Part shown: in pieces, positions 53,338-63,389 of the stretch
Position numbering within the stretch: the stretch's first letter is position 1
Layout: every line of letters begins with the position of its first letter
NCBI GenBank assembly: GCA_017484125.1
Contig: JAFUTV010000011.1
Coordinates: 14,681-78,680 of the forward strand
Origin: Bacilli bacterium
Lineage (GTDB): Bacteria > Bacillota_I > Bacilli_A > RF39 > UBA660
DNA: 64,000 bases
Direction of reading: 5' to 3'
Position numbers and translations under genes: made by a program
The notes under the pieces: generated by a model
Seen by the model: only the letters and a program-made list of their open reading frames with translations
The model's database searches: none
Told to the model about the DNA's origin: nothing

Positions 53338-54114
53338 ATGAGCAAATATAGTGTAGAAATAACTGGTATTAATACTAATAATTTAACTGTATTATCTAAT
53401 GAAGAAATGACTAAATTATTTAATGATTTAAGAAATGGTGATAAAAGTGCTAAAGAAAAATTAGTTACTGGTAATTTAAAATTAGTGTTAAGTATTTTAA
53501 GAAAAATTAATAATAATAAATATAATTTAGATGATTTATTTCAAATTGGAGTTGTAGGGTTAGTTAAAGCCGTAGATAATTTTGATTTATCTTTTAATTG
53601 TCTATTTTCAACTTATGCAGTTCCTTTAATTTCAGGAGAAATTAAAAGATATATAAGAGATTTTACTTCAATTAGAATTAGTAGGGGAATTAAAGATAAT
53701 GCATATCAAATATTAAAATATAAAGATGAATATGAAAAAAAGTATGGAATAGAACCAACAAATGAAGAAATTTCAAATTCTTTAGATATGTCTGATTATG
53801 ATATAAAATTAGCTCTTGATTCTTTAAGAGAGCCAATGAGTATATATGATCCGATATATTCTGATCAAGGTGATACAATTTATTTATGTGACCAAATAGC
53901 AGATAATAAAAATAAAAATGATGAAAAAGATGATTTAATTGCTTTAAGAAAAGCTTTAGAACATATAAAACAAAGGGAAAGAAAAGTTTTAGAAGATAGA
54001 TATATAATAGGTAAAACTCAAACTGAAATTGCAGAAAATTTAAAAATATCTCAAGCACAAGTATCAAGAATTGAAAAAAATGCTATTGTCAGTTTAAAAA
54101 GATTATTGAAATAA
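53338..54114 (+). CDS. sigG: Forespore late sigma factor sigma-G
   Basis: MSKYSVEITGINTNNLTVLSNEEMTKLF...GDKSAKEKLVTGNLKLVLS is colinear with B. subtilis SigG (MSRNKVEICGVDTSKLPVLKNEEMRKLF). FSTYAVPLISGEIKRYIRD and ISQAQVSRIEK are also present. Confidence 0.85.
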   Translation: MSKYSVEITGINTNNLTVLSNEEMTKLFNDLRNGDKSAKEKLVTGNLKLVLSILRKINNNKYNLDDLFQIGVVGLVKAVDNFDLSFNCLFSTYAVPLISGEIKRYIRDFTSIRISRGIKDNAYQILKYKDEYEKKYGIEPTNEEISNSLDMSDYDIKLALDSLREPMSIYDPIYSDQGDTIYLCDQIADNKNKNDEKDDLIALRKALEHIKQRERKVLEDRYIIGKTQTEIAENLKISQAQVSRIEKNAIVSLKRLLK

Positions 54115-54265
54115 AAAAAGTAGAATTAATATCTACATCATAAATACTAGCAATGTACTAAAAACTTTTTTATCATAACTTTTACGCCTTTTTAATATTA
54201 ATGATATTAAATCACTTTTTCATAATTTATTCAAAAAAAAAATATAATTAATTAGGTGAGTATCT

Positions 54266-54490
54266 ATGAAACTATCAGATTTACAAGAAAAGGATGTAGT
54301 TAATGTTAATGATGGAAGAAATGTAGGTAGAATAATAGATGCACAAATAGATGAAAGTGGAAAGATAAACTACTTAGTGGTAGATACTAAAAAAGGTATC
54401 AGGGGATTTTTTTCATCATATCAAGAACTAACAATCACATTTGATAAAATAAAAAGAATTGGAACTGATGTTATTTTAGTTGATTTATGA
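54266..54490 (+). CDS. ymxH: YlmC/YmxH-family PRC-barrel sporulation protein
   Basis: LSDLQEKDVVNVNDGRNVGRIIDAQID..GKINYLVV. The 74-aa length fits the family. Confidence 0.85.
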   Translation: MKLSDLQEKDVVNVNDGRNVGRIIDAQIDESGKINYLVVDTKKGIRGFFSSYQELTITFDKIKRIGTDVILVDL

Positions 54491-54516
54491 TATAATATTT
54501 TAGGAAGTGACAAGAT

Positions 54517-54993
54517 ATGAATAAAAAGGTTTTAATTATATCATTAATTATCTTAATAATAGATCAATTAACTAAAATACTAGTTAGCACTTTTATATCA
54601 AGCAATTCTATTGTGATAATTCCTAACTTTTTTTATTTAACATTTGCTAGGAACACTGGTGCTGCTTGGTCAATTTTAAATAATAATCAATTATTTTTAA
54701 TAGCATTGTCAGTAGTTCTATTTATATTGTTATTTATATTTAAAAAGAATTTTAAAAATAATAATCGTAATAATATAGCATTTGCTTTATTGTATGGTGG
54801 AATATGGGGAAACTTATTAAATAGAATTTTTAATGGATATGTAATTGATTTCTTAGATTTTAAAATATTTGATTATGATTATCCAATATTTAATATAGCA
54901 GATATAGCAATAGTAATTGGAATTATTTTATTAGTTGTTGCAATTATAAAAGGAGAAGACAATGAAGTTATTAGTAGAAGAAGAAACAAATGA
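54517..54993 (+). CDS. lspA: Lipoprotein signal peptidase II
   Basis: ARNTGAAWS, VIDFLDF and FNIADIAIVIG motifs are present. Confidence 0.9.
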   Translation: MNKKVLIISLIILIIDQLTKILVSTFISSNSIVIIPNFFYLTFARNTGAAWSILNNNQLFLIALSVVLFILLFIFKKNFKNNNRNNIAFALLYGGIWGNLLNRIFNGYVIDFLDFKIFDYDYPIFNIADIAIVIGIILLVVAIIKGEDNEVISRRRNK

Positions 54994-55855
54994 AAGATTA
55001 GATAAATATATAAGTCAAAAGACTGATATATCTAGATCGCTAATATTAAAAATGTTAAAAGATGACTTTATATTAGTTAATCAAAAAAAAGAAAAGCCAA
55101 GTTATAGAGTTGAATTAAATGATACCATAGATATTAAAGATGGATATATTAAAGAAATAAATATTGAACCTAAAAAAATGGATTTAAATATAGTATATGA
55201 AGATAATGATTTAATAGTTATTGATAAACCAAGTGGATTAGTTGTTCATCCAGGTGCTGGAAATTATGATAATACTTTAGTAAATGGTTTAATGTATTAT
55301 ACAGATGATTTATCAATTGGAACTGATGAGAATAGACCTGGTATTGTTCATAGAATTGATAAAGATACATCTGGTTTAATCTTAATATCTAAAAATAATA
55401 AAACACAGGAATTATTATCTGATATGTTTGCTAAACACACAATTAAAAGAGAATATATTGCTTTAGTTCATGGAGTATTAGAAAGTGATAAAGCAATAAT
55501 TGATGCACCAATTGGAAGAGATAAAAATGATCGCAAAAAAATGAGCGTTACTGCAAATAATTCTAAGAAAGCAATTACTCATTTAACGGTTTTAAAAAGA
55601 TATAAAAAATTCACATTAGTAAAGTTAAATTTAGAAACTGGACGAACTCATCAAATTAGAGTACATATGAAATATATTAAACATCCTATATATAATGATC
55701 CGGTATATTCTAATGATAATGCAACAGAATTTGGTCAATTTTTACATTCTTATAAAATGAGTTTTGTTCATCCTATAACTAAGAAAGAGTTATCTTTTAC
55801 GTCAAAACTACCAAAAGAATTTGAAGATTTTATCAATTCTTTAGAGGAACTTTAA
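54962..55855 (+). CDS. rluD: 23S rRNA pseudouridine synthase, RluD/RluA family
   Basis: S4 domain at the N-terminus, HRIDKDTSGLILISK catalytic motif, and GRTHQIRVH. Confidence 0.9.
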   Translation: MKLLVEEETNERLDKYISQKTDISRSLILKMLKDDFILVNQKKEKPSYRVELNDTIDIKDGYIKEINIEPKKMDLNIVYEDNDLIVIDKPSGLVVHPGAGNYDNTLVNGLMYYTDDLSIGTDENRPGIVHRIDKDTSGLILISKNNKTQELLSDMFAKHTIKREYIALVHGVLESDKAIIDAPIGRDKNDRKKMSVTANNSKKAITHLTVLKRYKKFTLVKLNLETGRTHQIRVHMKYIKHPIYNDPVYSNDNATEFGQFLHSYKMSFVHPITKKELSFTSKLPKEFEDFINSLEEL

Positions 55856-56167
55856 TAGAATAATAAAAAATACATATATAAAATATAAAAAATAAGGAAT
55901 AGTTATAATAATATATCTTTTATTAATATTTTTAATTTCTCTAATTAATAAATAATTATTAATACACAGTAAAAACGAAATAATTAATGATAAATTAATG
56001 TCTTGAAAATAAAAATAAAATACTGCTAAGGTAAATATTAAAATTATTCCAATTAATAAAAAAAATAGTAAATCTTTAGATAGTTTATCTTCTTTTAAAC
56101 TATTTATTATATATAAATAAAATAAAGAAAATGATAATACTAGTATTAGTAAAGAAATATTGGACAT
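55841..56167 (-). CDS. Small polytopic membrane protein of unknown function
   Basis: GGGAGGA RBS before ATG 56167 (MSNISLL...). The track's longer start was trimmed. Confidence 0.45.
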   Translation of the reverse strand: MSNISLLILVLSFSLFYLYIINSLKEDKLSKDLLFFLLIGIILIFTLAVFYFYFQDINLSLIISFLLCINNYLLIREIKNINKRYIIITIPYFLYFIYVFFIILLKFL

Positions 56168-56231
56168 ATTATATCCTCCCTTTACTAATTTTATGAAATG
56201 TAATAAAATATATGAATGAAAGGAATTAAGT

Positions 56232-57356
56232 ATGAACACAGTTGTTGTAGATAAAAAGGATGAACTTGTAATGCGCTTAGTTCATTACTTTATTACCCAA
56301 AAAAACTACAGTCCAATAGTTGTTAATGGTGTAAAAAATGAAGTATGGTTAGAAAATGTTGATGGACCATATCGCATAATAAGAATAAATTCAAATTATA
56401 TTCATAATAATGAACAATATAATTATGATATAAGTAAAACAAAAAATATAATGCATCAAATAAAGAAAAAAACACTATCATTTAAATTAAATACATTAAA
56501 TATATTTTTGGATTTAAATGAAAGAGTTAAATTAGGAGAAGAAAAAAATATTTCATCAATATTTATAGATAGTTTATCTGATGTCAAAAAAAATAACTTA
56601 ATTAAAGATGCTTTTCCTGATATAGATAATAATTTATTAGATGATGCAAAAGGAATAGATTTAATTATTAATGTTACTAATGATATTAATGAAAAAACTG
56701 CAAAAAATAATGCAAGCTATGAAAATGTGTTTAAACCTAAGAAAATAATAGTTACTAAAATATTAATTGCATTATGTGTATTAGTTTTTCTTTTAACAAC
56801 ATATAATCAAAATTTAGTTTATATGTTAGCCAATAACTTAGAAATGGTAAAAGCTGGTGAATTTTATCGTATCATAACTAGTGCTTTTGTTCATGCTGGA
56901 TTACTTCATTTACTAGTTAATATGTATTCTTTATATATAATTGGCACACAAGTTGAAACCTTTTTAGGCAAAAGAAAATTCATATTTATATATTTAACAA
57001 GTGCCATAGTAGGTAATTTAATGTCACTAGTATTTAATACGGGATTTAGCGTTGGTGCTTCTGGTGCAATATTTGGACTAATGGGATCTTTATTATATTT
57101 TGGATATCACTATAGATTATATTTAAGTACTGTTATTAAGAGTCAAATAATACCAATCATATTAGTTAATTTAATAATTGGGTTTACTTTAGATGGAATA
57201 GATAATTTTGCTCATATTGGTGGATTAATTGGTGGATATTTATCAACTATGGCAATAGGAGCATCTGATCAAGCTACATTAAAAGAAAAAATTAATGGCT
57301 GGATAGTCTTAATTTTACTTACAATTTTTTTAGCAGTATTTAGTTTTTATAAATAA
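56232..57356 (+). CDS. gluP: Rhomboid intramembrane serine protease (GluP/YqgP-like)
   Basis: Cytoplasmic N-terminal domain followed by a rhomboid core with HAGLLHLLVNM, GASGAIFGLMG (Ser) and AHIGGLIGG (His). Confidence 0.9.
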   Translation: MNTVVVDKKDELVMRLVHYFITQKNYSPIVVNGVKNEVWLENVDGPYRIIRINSNYIHNNEQYNYDISKTKNIMHQIKKKTLSFKLNTLNIFLDLNERVKLGEEKNISSIFIDSLSDVKKNNLIKDAFPDIDNNLLDDAKGIDLIINVTNDINEKTAKNNASYENVFKPKKIIVTKILIALCVLVFLLTTYNQNLVYMLANNLEMVKAGEFYRIITSAFVHAGLLHLLVNMYSLYIIGTQVETFLGKRKFIFIYLTSAIVGNLMSLVFNTGFSVGASGAIFGLMGSLLYFGYHYRLYLSTVIKSQIIPIILVNLIIGFTLDGIDNFAHIGGLIGGYLSTMAIGASDQATLKEKINGWIVLILLTIFLAVFSFYK

Positions 57357-57429
57357 ACATCAATATTTGATGTTTTTTATGTTTAAAATATAAAATATTA
57401 TCCATAATAATTATGGAAAGGAATTTATT

Positions 57430-57621
57430 ATGACACAAAAAGAATTAAATTATATTGAGGATGCTATATCTCATGAAGATAATATAATTAAAATACTAGA
57501 AAGTACTTTAGATTATTTAAAAGATGAGTCTTTAATATCATACTTTAAAAGTGAAATTAAAAGTCACACAACATTAAAAGAAAAATTAATAAGCATGATG
57601 GAGGATAAACAAAATGGATGA
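57430..57621 (+). CDS. Small helical protein paired with a Coat F-like gene
   Basis: Its 3' end overlaps the next gene's start by 8 nt. It is helical and acidic. No family was recognised with confidence. Confidence 0.4.
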   Translation: MTQKELNYIEDAISHEDNIIKILESTLDYLKDESLISYFKSEIKSHTTLKEKLISMMEDKQNG

Positions 57622-57862
57622 TAGATTAATAATGGATAACTATTTATTGGTATTAAAAAGTACTGTAGAGGTATTTGTTCATGGAACATTAGAAAGTTCA
57701 AATGCAGATATTAGAGATTTATTAAAAAGTGGATTAGATCACATAATTAAACATCAAGCAGCAACATATGATAAAATGGTAGAGTGTGGTTGGTATGTTG
57801 TATCTAATGTAGAAACAAAATCTATTAACAAAACTCTAAATAAATTATGTAATAAAAAGTAG
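57614..57862 (+). CDS. Coat F domain spore coat protein
   Basis: DRLIMDNYLLVLKSTVEVFVHGTLESSNADIRDLLKSGLDHIIKHQAATYDKMVECGWY is the typical Coat_F pattern. Confidence 0.7.
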   Translation: MDDRLIMDNYLLVLKSTVEVFVHGTLESSNADIRDLLKSGLDHIIKHQAATYDKMVECGWYVVSNVETKSINKTLNKLCNKK

Positions 57863-57881
57863 ATTTTAAAATCTACTTTTT
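57855..57881 (+). terminator. Rho-independent terminator
   Basis: AAAAGTAGAT / ATCTACTTTT stem followed by Ts. Confidence 0.65.
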
Positions 57882-57910
57882 ATGTGTTATAATCAAAATA
57901 GAGGTATGAT

Positions 57911-58189
57911 ATGGAATATTTAATTGAATTTGTATTGGAATTAATATTAGAAGGAACTACTAACTTATCTTTAAGTAGACGAGTTCCTAAATTTATTAGA
58001 TATCCTTTAGCTATTATTTTAATATTATTATTTGCATCAATAATAGTTTTATTATTTTTAGTAGGTGTTCTTGTATTTAAAGATAACATATATTATGCAA
58101 TTTTGATTATTATAGTAGCAATAATATTATTAGTATCTGCAATTGTTAGATTTATTAAAATATATAAACATAAATTTAAAGTAGATTAA
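57911..58189 (+). CDS. Small membrane protein of unknown function
   Basis: Two or three hydrophobic helices and a basic C-terminus. No family was recognised. Confidence 0.4.
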   Translation: MEYLIEFVLELILEGTTNLSLSRRVPKFIRYPLAIILILLFASIIVLLFLVGVLVFKDNIYYAILIIIVAIILLVSAIVRFIKIYKHKFKVD

Positions 58190-58266
58190 TCATTATTCTT
58201 TTGTTATAATTTAAAATAGAAAGAAGTATATATTAATACACTTTAAAAGAAAATAATGGAAAGGAA

Positions 58267-58827
58267 ATGTATATGTATAAGAAAATAGTAATTATCCTAT
58301 TATGTTTATTCTTTGTAGTAGGATGTAAAGAAAAGAAGGAAATTAAAAGTGAAGTAGATAATACTTTAAATGTTGAAGAAAAAAAATTAAATGAAAATCA
58401 TGATGAAGAAGAAAGTAGTGAAGATGTGATTAGCGAAGAAGACATGATAACTCAATCAGGAAAATTGACAATTGAAATTGATGATCAACCATTTATCATT
58501 ACATTAGAAGATAATACAAGTGTTAAAGATTTAATTAAATTATTACCCATTCATTTTATTTTAAATTATTACGATGAAAATAAAATGACTGGATACATGC
58601 CATCTGAAATAACATCTAATGATAAAATTTATGGAATTATTAACAAGGGAGATTTAATGATTAGTGATGGTGATAAAATATCTTTATTTTTAAATGATTA
58701 TGTATCAACTAGTTCTTACACAAAAATTGGTCATATTGAGAATTTCAATTACACATCTAAAACTAGAAATGCAGATGATTTTATGAGAATGGAAGATGTA
58801 ATGGTAAGAATAATACCATATTTTTAA
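58267..58827 (+). CDS. Lipoprotein with a cyclophilin-like-fold C-terminal domain (uncharacterised family)
   Basis: Lipobox LFFVVGC, an acidic linker, and GKLTIEIDDQPFIITLEDNTSVKDLIKLLP ... GDLMISDGDKISLF, which resembles the cyclophilin-like superfamily of small secreted proteins. Confidence 0.5.
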   Translation: MYMYKKIVIILLCLFFVVGCKEKKEIKSEVDNTLNVEEKKLNENHDEEESSEDVISEEDMITQSGKLTIEIDDQPFIITLEDNTSVKDLIKLLPIHFILNYYDENKMTGYMPSEITSNDKIYGIINKGDLMISDGDKISLFLNDYVSTSSYTKIGHIENFNYTSKTRNADDFMRMEDVMVRIIPYF

Positions 58828-58930
58828 AAAAATATGCAAATGTTAATGTTAGTTGACAAATTTCCAATCATAATTGGTAGAACGCAACCAATTTTTAATA
58901 TATAATTATACTCATGAAAGAGGAGAGTTT

Positions 58931-59560
58931 ATGAATTTAGGAGAAAAATTAATTAATTTAAGAAAAAAGAAAGGTTTATCACAAGAAGAAGTGGCAGACA
59001 AGCTTAATGTTACTAGACAAACAATATCAAAGTGGGAAACAAATCAGTCAACACCGGATTTTGATAAAATTATTCCACTATGTGAATTATTTGAAATAAC
59101 AACTGATGAGTTATTTAAAGGACAAATAAATAATGATAATGAAAAATATGAAAGTGTAAATATAACAAATAATGAGGAAAAAACAAAAAAAAGAACTATT
59201 GGTTTAATTAGTGGTATATTACTATATTTTATTGCTGTTGCATTTATTGTTGTAAGCGTAGCAGGATTTATGATAAATCCAATTATTGCTACTTCAATAT
59301 TTATTATTATATGTGGTATTGCAACATGTATAATTATATATTCATGTGTAGTTTATAAAAAAAATAAAGTAGAAAAAGAAGAAAACAAGAACACAACATT
59401 TAAACAAATAGAAAATATTGTATCTATATTAACAGTTATTATTTATCTTGGTATATCATTTATAACAATGGCATGGCATTTAACATGGATAATATGGCTT
59501 ATATATGCTTTAGTAATTGAAATAATAAAGTTAATATTATCTTTAAGAGGTGAAATGTAA
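58931..59560 (+). CDS. XRE-family HTH protein with C-terminal transmembrane helices
   Basis: LGEKLINLRKKKGLSQEEVADKLNVTRQTISKWETNQSTPD followed by 4 TM segments. AGGAGA RBS precedes ATG 58931. Confidence 0.8.
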   Translation: MNLGEKLINLRKKKGLSQEEVADKLNVTRQTISKWETNQSTPDFDKIIPLCELFEITTDELFKGQINNDNEKYESVNITNNEEKTKKRTIGLISGILLYFIAVAFIVVSVAGFMINPIIATSIFIIICGIATCIIIYSCVVYKKNKVEKEENKNTTFKQIENIVSILTVIIYLGISFITMAWHLTWIIWLIYALVIEIIKLILSLRGEM

Positions 59561-60453
59561 TGAAAAATAAAGGGTTAACAATATTTTTAATAATTTTACT
59601 TAGTATTATAGCTATTGTATTACTTGGAATATTTATTGTTTTATTAAATGTTGAAAAACTAAAACTATTTTCAATTGGAAATTATAATGAAAGTACTAAT
59701 ATAGTATATGATAGGGAATATGATGATATATTTAATCAAATAAATATTGATGTTAATTCTGCAAATATTGAAATAAAAGAAAACAAAGAAAATAAAGTAA
59801 AATTAATAATGTATAGTGAAAAAAATGAAGAATATAGTGTTAATTCTAATTCAAATGATTTAAACATTAATATAAATAATGATAGTTGTAAGTTTTTATG
59901 TTTTAATTTTAAAACTTCTAAGGTTATTTTATCAGTTCCAAATAATAATAATAAAATGATTAAAATAAAAGATAATTTTGGAAATATTAAAGTAGAAGGA
60001 TTATTAAATAATATAGAATTCGATATAGATTCAAATGCTGGAAATGTAAAATTGGATAGTATAAAATCAGCAATAATTAATAATGATTATGGTGACATAT
60101 TTGTAAGTAGTGCAAATGATTTAAATTTAAATGCAAGTGCTGGAAATATAAAAGTAGATAATGTCGGTAAAATAACTGCTAAAAATGATTATGGAAATAT
60201 CGATATAGATAAAATTGAAGGATCAGCAAACATTAAAGAAAATTGTGGAAATATTAAAATTAATAGTTTATATTTAATTGAAGACTCTATTATTGAAAAT
60301 GATTTAGGAAATATAAAAATTGGTAATACAAATGAAGTTTATATTGATGCAAATACAGAATTAGGTAATACAAATATAAAAAATAACTATAGAAATTCTA
60401 ATATTAATTTAAAAATCAAAAATGATTGTGGAAATATTGAAGTAAATAATTAA
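59560..60453 (+). CDS. DUF4097/LiaG-like beta-repeat protein
   Basis: N-terminal TM followed by repeated GNI(K/D)(V/I) strands (AGNVKLD, AGNIKVD, YGNIDID, CGNIKIN, LGNIKIG, CGNIEVN). Confidence 0.7.
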   Translation: MKNKGLTIFLIILLSIIAIVLLGIFIVLLNVEKLKLFSIGNYNESTNIVYDREYDDIFNQINIDVNSANIEIKENKENKVKLIMYSEKNEEYSVNSNSNDLNININNDSCKFLCFNFKTSKVILSVPNNNNKMIKIKDNFGNIKVEGLLNNIEFDIDSNAGNVKLDSIKSAIINNDYGDIFVSSANDLNLNASAGNIKVDNVGKITAKNDYGNIDIDKIEGSANIKENCGNIKINSLYLIEDSIIENDLGNIKIGNTNEVYIDANTELGNTNIKNNYRNSNINLKIKNDCGNIEVNN

Positions 60454-60544
60454 TTTTATTTACTTTTTATATGACAAATAATAGTAAAAAAATAATAGAT
60501 ATTAATAAGATGATTTGATAGAATTAATATAGAGGTGCATAGGT

Positions 60545-61348
60545 ATGGTTATTACTAGTGAAATTATAATTATATTACTTGCAATTATTATTGTTTGCTC
60601 TTATGGATTTAAAAACCCATTTTGGCTTATTTCTACAGGATATGGCTTTTCTGTTGCAACCAGCGGTATATTATTATTAATATTATTTTTTAACAATATT
60701 AATTTATCTATAATATTATCAAGTTTATTTCTTATTGTTTATGGGCTTAGACTTAGTTTATTTTTAATAATTAGAAGAAAAAAAAGCATTTCTTATAATA
60801 AAAAGATGGATAAGGAATTAGCTCATAAAAAGAAATTTAAATTATCAACTAAAATAATAATGTGGTTATCTTGTTCTTTACTTTATTTACTAATTATTTC
60901 TTCATTATTATATAGAGCAATAAATAAAAGTGAAATTGATTGTTGCTTTATTGTTGGACTTATTATTGCTATACTTGGTTTATTTATTGAATCTTGTGCA
61001 GATATTCAAAAAAGTAAAGCAAAGCTTAATAATCCTAATAGATTTTGTGATAGTGGATTATATAAAATAGTAAGATGTCCAAATTATTTTGGAGAGATAG
61101 TAATTTGGAGTGGTATATTTATTAGTGGTTTTACTACTTTATGTAGTATTTGGCAATTAGTAGCATCAAGTATAGGATATTTAAGTATGGTTTATATAAT
61201 GTTTAGTGGTGCTAGAAGGCTTGAACTAAGACAAGACAGAACATATTTTGATGATAAACAATATAAAACATACAAAAAGAAAACACCTATTATTATTCCC
61301 TTAATTCCACTTTATAGTGTTAAAAATCACAAATGGTTAGTAGGATAA
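60545..61348 (+). CDS. DUF1295 / steroid 5-alpha-reductase-like membrane protein
   Basis: Polytopic membrane protein. The C-terminal CDSGLYKIVRCPNYFGEIVIWSGIF motif is typical of this fold. Confidence 0.65.
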   Translation: MVITSEIIIILLAIIIVCSYGFKNPFWLISTGYGFSVATSGILLLILFFNNINLSIILSSLFLIVYGLRLSLFLIIRRKKSISYNKKMDKELAHKKKFKLSTKIIMWLSCSLLYLLIISSLLYRAINKSEIDCCFIVGLIIAILGLFIESCADIQKSKAKLNNPNRFCDSGLYKIVRCPNYFGEIVIWSGIFISGFTTLCSIWQLVASSIGYLSMVYIMFSGARRLELRQDRTYFDDKQYKTYKKKTPIIIPLIPLYSVKNHKWLVG

Positions 61349-61419
61349 AACAAAATAAGTAATAATGGAAATAGTTATATATATATGTTAAAATATATTT
61401 AGAAGGGTGGTTTTATTGT

Positions 61420-62322
61420 ATGCCAAAAAAAATTGATGAAAATAAAGTAGAAGAAGAAAAAGATACAAAAGAAGAAATTGATATAAAAAAATTAAAAAAG
61501 GAGTTAACCACTTACATTGATAATCAAATATTTGATAAATTTAATTTTGAATTAGATAAAGTAAATAAAAAAATAATAAGAGAAAAATCGAGAAAAATAC
61601 TATTAAGAGATTTAATTATAATTTTACTAGTGGCACTTTGTTTATATTTAGTATATTTATTATATGATAATCGATTTTTTGATAAGTTTTTTATTAAAAA
61701 TACTGAATTAAAGGAAGTTATTAAAGAAGAAAAAAAAGAAGAACAAGCAACATCTTCTGAAGAAGTAAAACCCACTTTATCAGAATTAAAAGAAAAATAT
61801 GCCTCTTTATTAGATAATATTTATATTAATGAAAAATCTGAATATTTAAATGATTATTATAAAGGTAATCTAACAAATGAATTAAAATTATATTTTGTTT
61901 TAAATTCAATTAATATAGATAACATTATTAAGGAAAATGAATATAGCATAATTGAAGAAAATTTATTAAATGATGCATACTCAAGCTTATATATTGATAA
62001 ATATAATGCAGCAAGTTTTAAATATAATGGTAATCAAGTTAAGTATATATCCTTATTAAAATCATATATTTCTGAAAAGGTAATAACAAAAAATAAAACA
62101 AATATTCAAAGGGAAATATATAATATTCAAGTAACAGATGATGAAATAATTATTAAAACATATGAGGGTTTAGTAAAAGATAATAAATTATATAATATTT
62201 TAGATAATTCTAATATTGAAAATTATAAAAAAGATTCTTTATTAAATTACAAAGATAAATTAAATAAAGTAGTTTATTCATTTGATAAAAATAATAAATT
62301 ATTAAAAATTCAGGATAAATAA
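61420..62322 (+). CDS. Bitopic membrane protein of unknown function
   Basis: Lys/Glu-rich cytoplasmic N-terminus, one TM (LIIILLVALCLYLVYLLY) and an extracellular domain of about 210 aa. Confidence 0.5.
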   Translation: MPKKIDENKVEEEKDTKEEIDIKKLKKELTTYIDNQIFDKFNFELDKVNKKIIREKSRKILLRDLIIILLVALCLYLVYLLYDNRFFDKFFIKNTELKEVIKEEKKEEQATSSEEVKPTLSELKEKYASLLDNIYINEKSEYLNDYYKGNLTNELKLYFVLNSINIDNIIKENEYSIIEENLLNDAYSSLYIDKYNAASFKYNGNQVKYISLLKSYISEKVITKNKTNIQREIYNIQVTDDEIIIKTYEGLVKDNKLYNILDNSNIENYKKDSLLNYKDKLNKVVYSFDKNNKLLKIQDK

Positions 62323-62351
62323 AAAAGTTCAGAATAATTTCTGAACTTTTT
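62321..62351. terminator. Bidirectional terminator (+ gene and minus-strand tRNA-Ser)
   Basis: AAAAGTTCAG / CTGAACTTTT stem with an A run and a T run on either side. Confidence 0.7.
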
Positions 62352-62361
62352 AGTTTTAAAA

Positions 62362-62452
62362 TGGCGGAGCAGGAGAGATTTGAACTCTCGCGCCAGTTTC
62401 CCGACCTACACCCTTAGCAGGGGCGCCTCTTCAGCCTCTTGAGTACTGCTCC
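62362..62452 (-). tRNA. tRNA-Ser (anticodon GCT), CCA encoded
   Basis: The reverse complement GGAGCAGTACTCAAGAGGCTGAAGAGGCGCCCCTGCTAAGGGTGTAGGTCGGGAAACTGGCGCGAGAGTTCAAATCTCTCCTGCTCCGCCA is a class II tRNA with a long variable arm. Confidence 0.9.
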
Positions 62453-62473
62453 ATATTAACAAGGCACAAATTA

Positions 62474-62502
62474 ATTTTACAATAACTTGACCTTGTAGTC
62501 AA
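62474..62502 (-). promoter_or_regulatory. Sigma-A type promoter for tRNA-Ser
   Basis: Minus strand reads TTGACT, 17 nt, then TAAAAT, about 20 nt upstream of the tRNA 5' end. Confidence 0.55.
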
Positions 62503-62508
62503 TATTTT

Positions 62509-63378
62509 TTATAACACAACATCAGATAAATTTTTAATAAATGTTCTTGTTATATTAATATAATTTTCATTATTTTTAACTTCTTCATCACTTAATACAG
62601 TCATAGTATTAATAGATACTGTCTTGGCATTATAATCTTTTACTAATGTATCAACTTTGTCTGTTGTTTTATTATTTTCAATAAAAACATATTCATACAC
62701 TTTGTCTTTAAATTTATTTTTAAGTTCATTAGTAAAGTTTTTAGAATCTTCTAAAGAGATAACATTAAATCCATAGTTTTCCAAATATTTAAATGCATCA
62801 CTACTAACTATTATTGTATTTTTATTCTTACTTTTTGAACTTGATCCAATACTTCTTAATTCCGCATCAATTAAACTAACTTCTTCTTGAATTTTTTTAT
62901 AATTTTTGTCAATTTCTTCTTTAATATATGTATTTGTTACAAAATCAATTAAGTTATCTTTAACTGTTGTAGCAAGCATTAAATAATTATTAGGACTTAG
63001 CCATAATTCTGCAGGATTTTCTTCACTATATTCAATATTTAATCCATAGGATACATCAATTATTTTTAAATTTTTATTCTTATTAATTAATTTTCTAGCA
63101 ATTTCTTTTTCATTACTTAATCCATTATATATAAATAAACTTGAACTTGCAAAGTCATTTAATTGTTTTTCTGTAAATTCATAATTATTTACATCAATAT
63201 CATTAGGATAAATACTATTAATAGTAGAGTAATTACCATATAATGAATTAATTATATATGTTATAGGATAAACAGTTGTATATATATTAATATTTTCCAT
63301 ATCATCTCTTTTAATACAACTTGTAGAAACTCCTAAAACCAATAAACATAATAATAGCCCTTTAAATATTCTCTTCAT
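62509..63378 (-). CDS. TroA/ZnuA-fold (cluster A-I) solute-binding lipoprotein with the usual metal ligands replaced
   Basis: Lipobox LGVSTSC. Overall colinear with ZnuA/PsaA-type proteins (IYTTVYPITYII, LFIYNGL, AFKYLENYGF, VFIEN). There is no adjacent ABC permease or ATPase. Confidence 0.6.
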   Translation of the reverse strand: MKRIFKGLLLCLLVLGVSTSCIKRDDMENINIYTTVYPITYIINSLYGNYSTINSIYPNDIDVNNYEFTEKQLNDFASSSLFIYNGLSNEKEIARKLINKNKNLKIIDVSYGLNIEYSEENPAELWLSPNNYLMLATTVKDNLIDFVTNTYIKEEIDKNYKKIQEEVSLIDAELRSIGSSSKSKNKNTIIVSSDAFKYLENYGFNVISLEDSKNFTNELKNKFKDKVYEYVFIENNKTTDKVDTLVKDYNAKTVSINTMTVLSDEEVKNNENYINITRTFIKNLSDVVL

Positions 63379-63389
63379 AAAAATCTCCT

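Noticed and set aside
58853-58881. TTGACA plus the CCAAT-CATA-ATTGG palindrome upstream of the XRE-family gene might be a promoter and operator.
   Set aside because: There is no acceptable -10 element at 16-18 nt spacing, and the palindrome is short (5 bp arms). The evidence is not strong enough to report as a feature.
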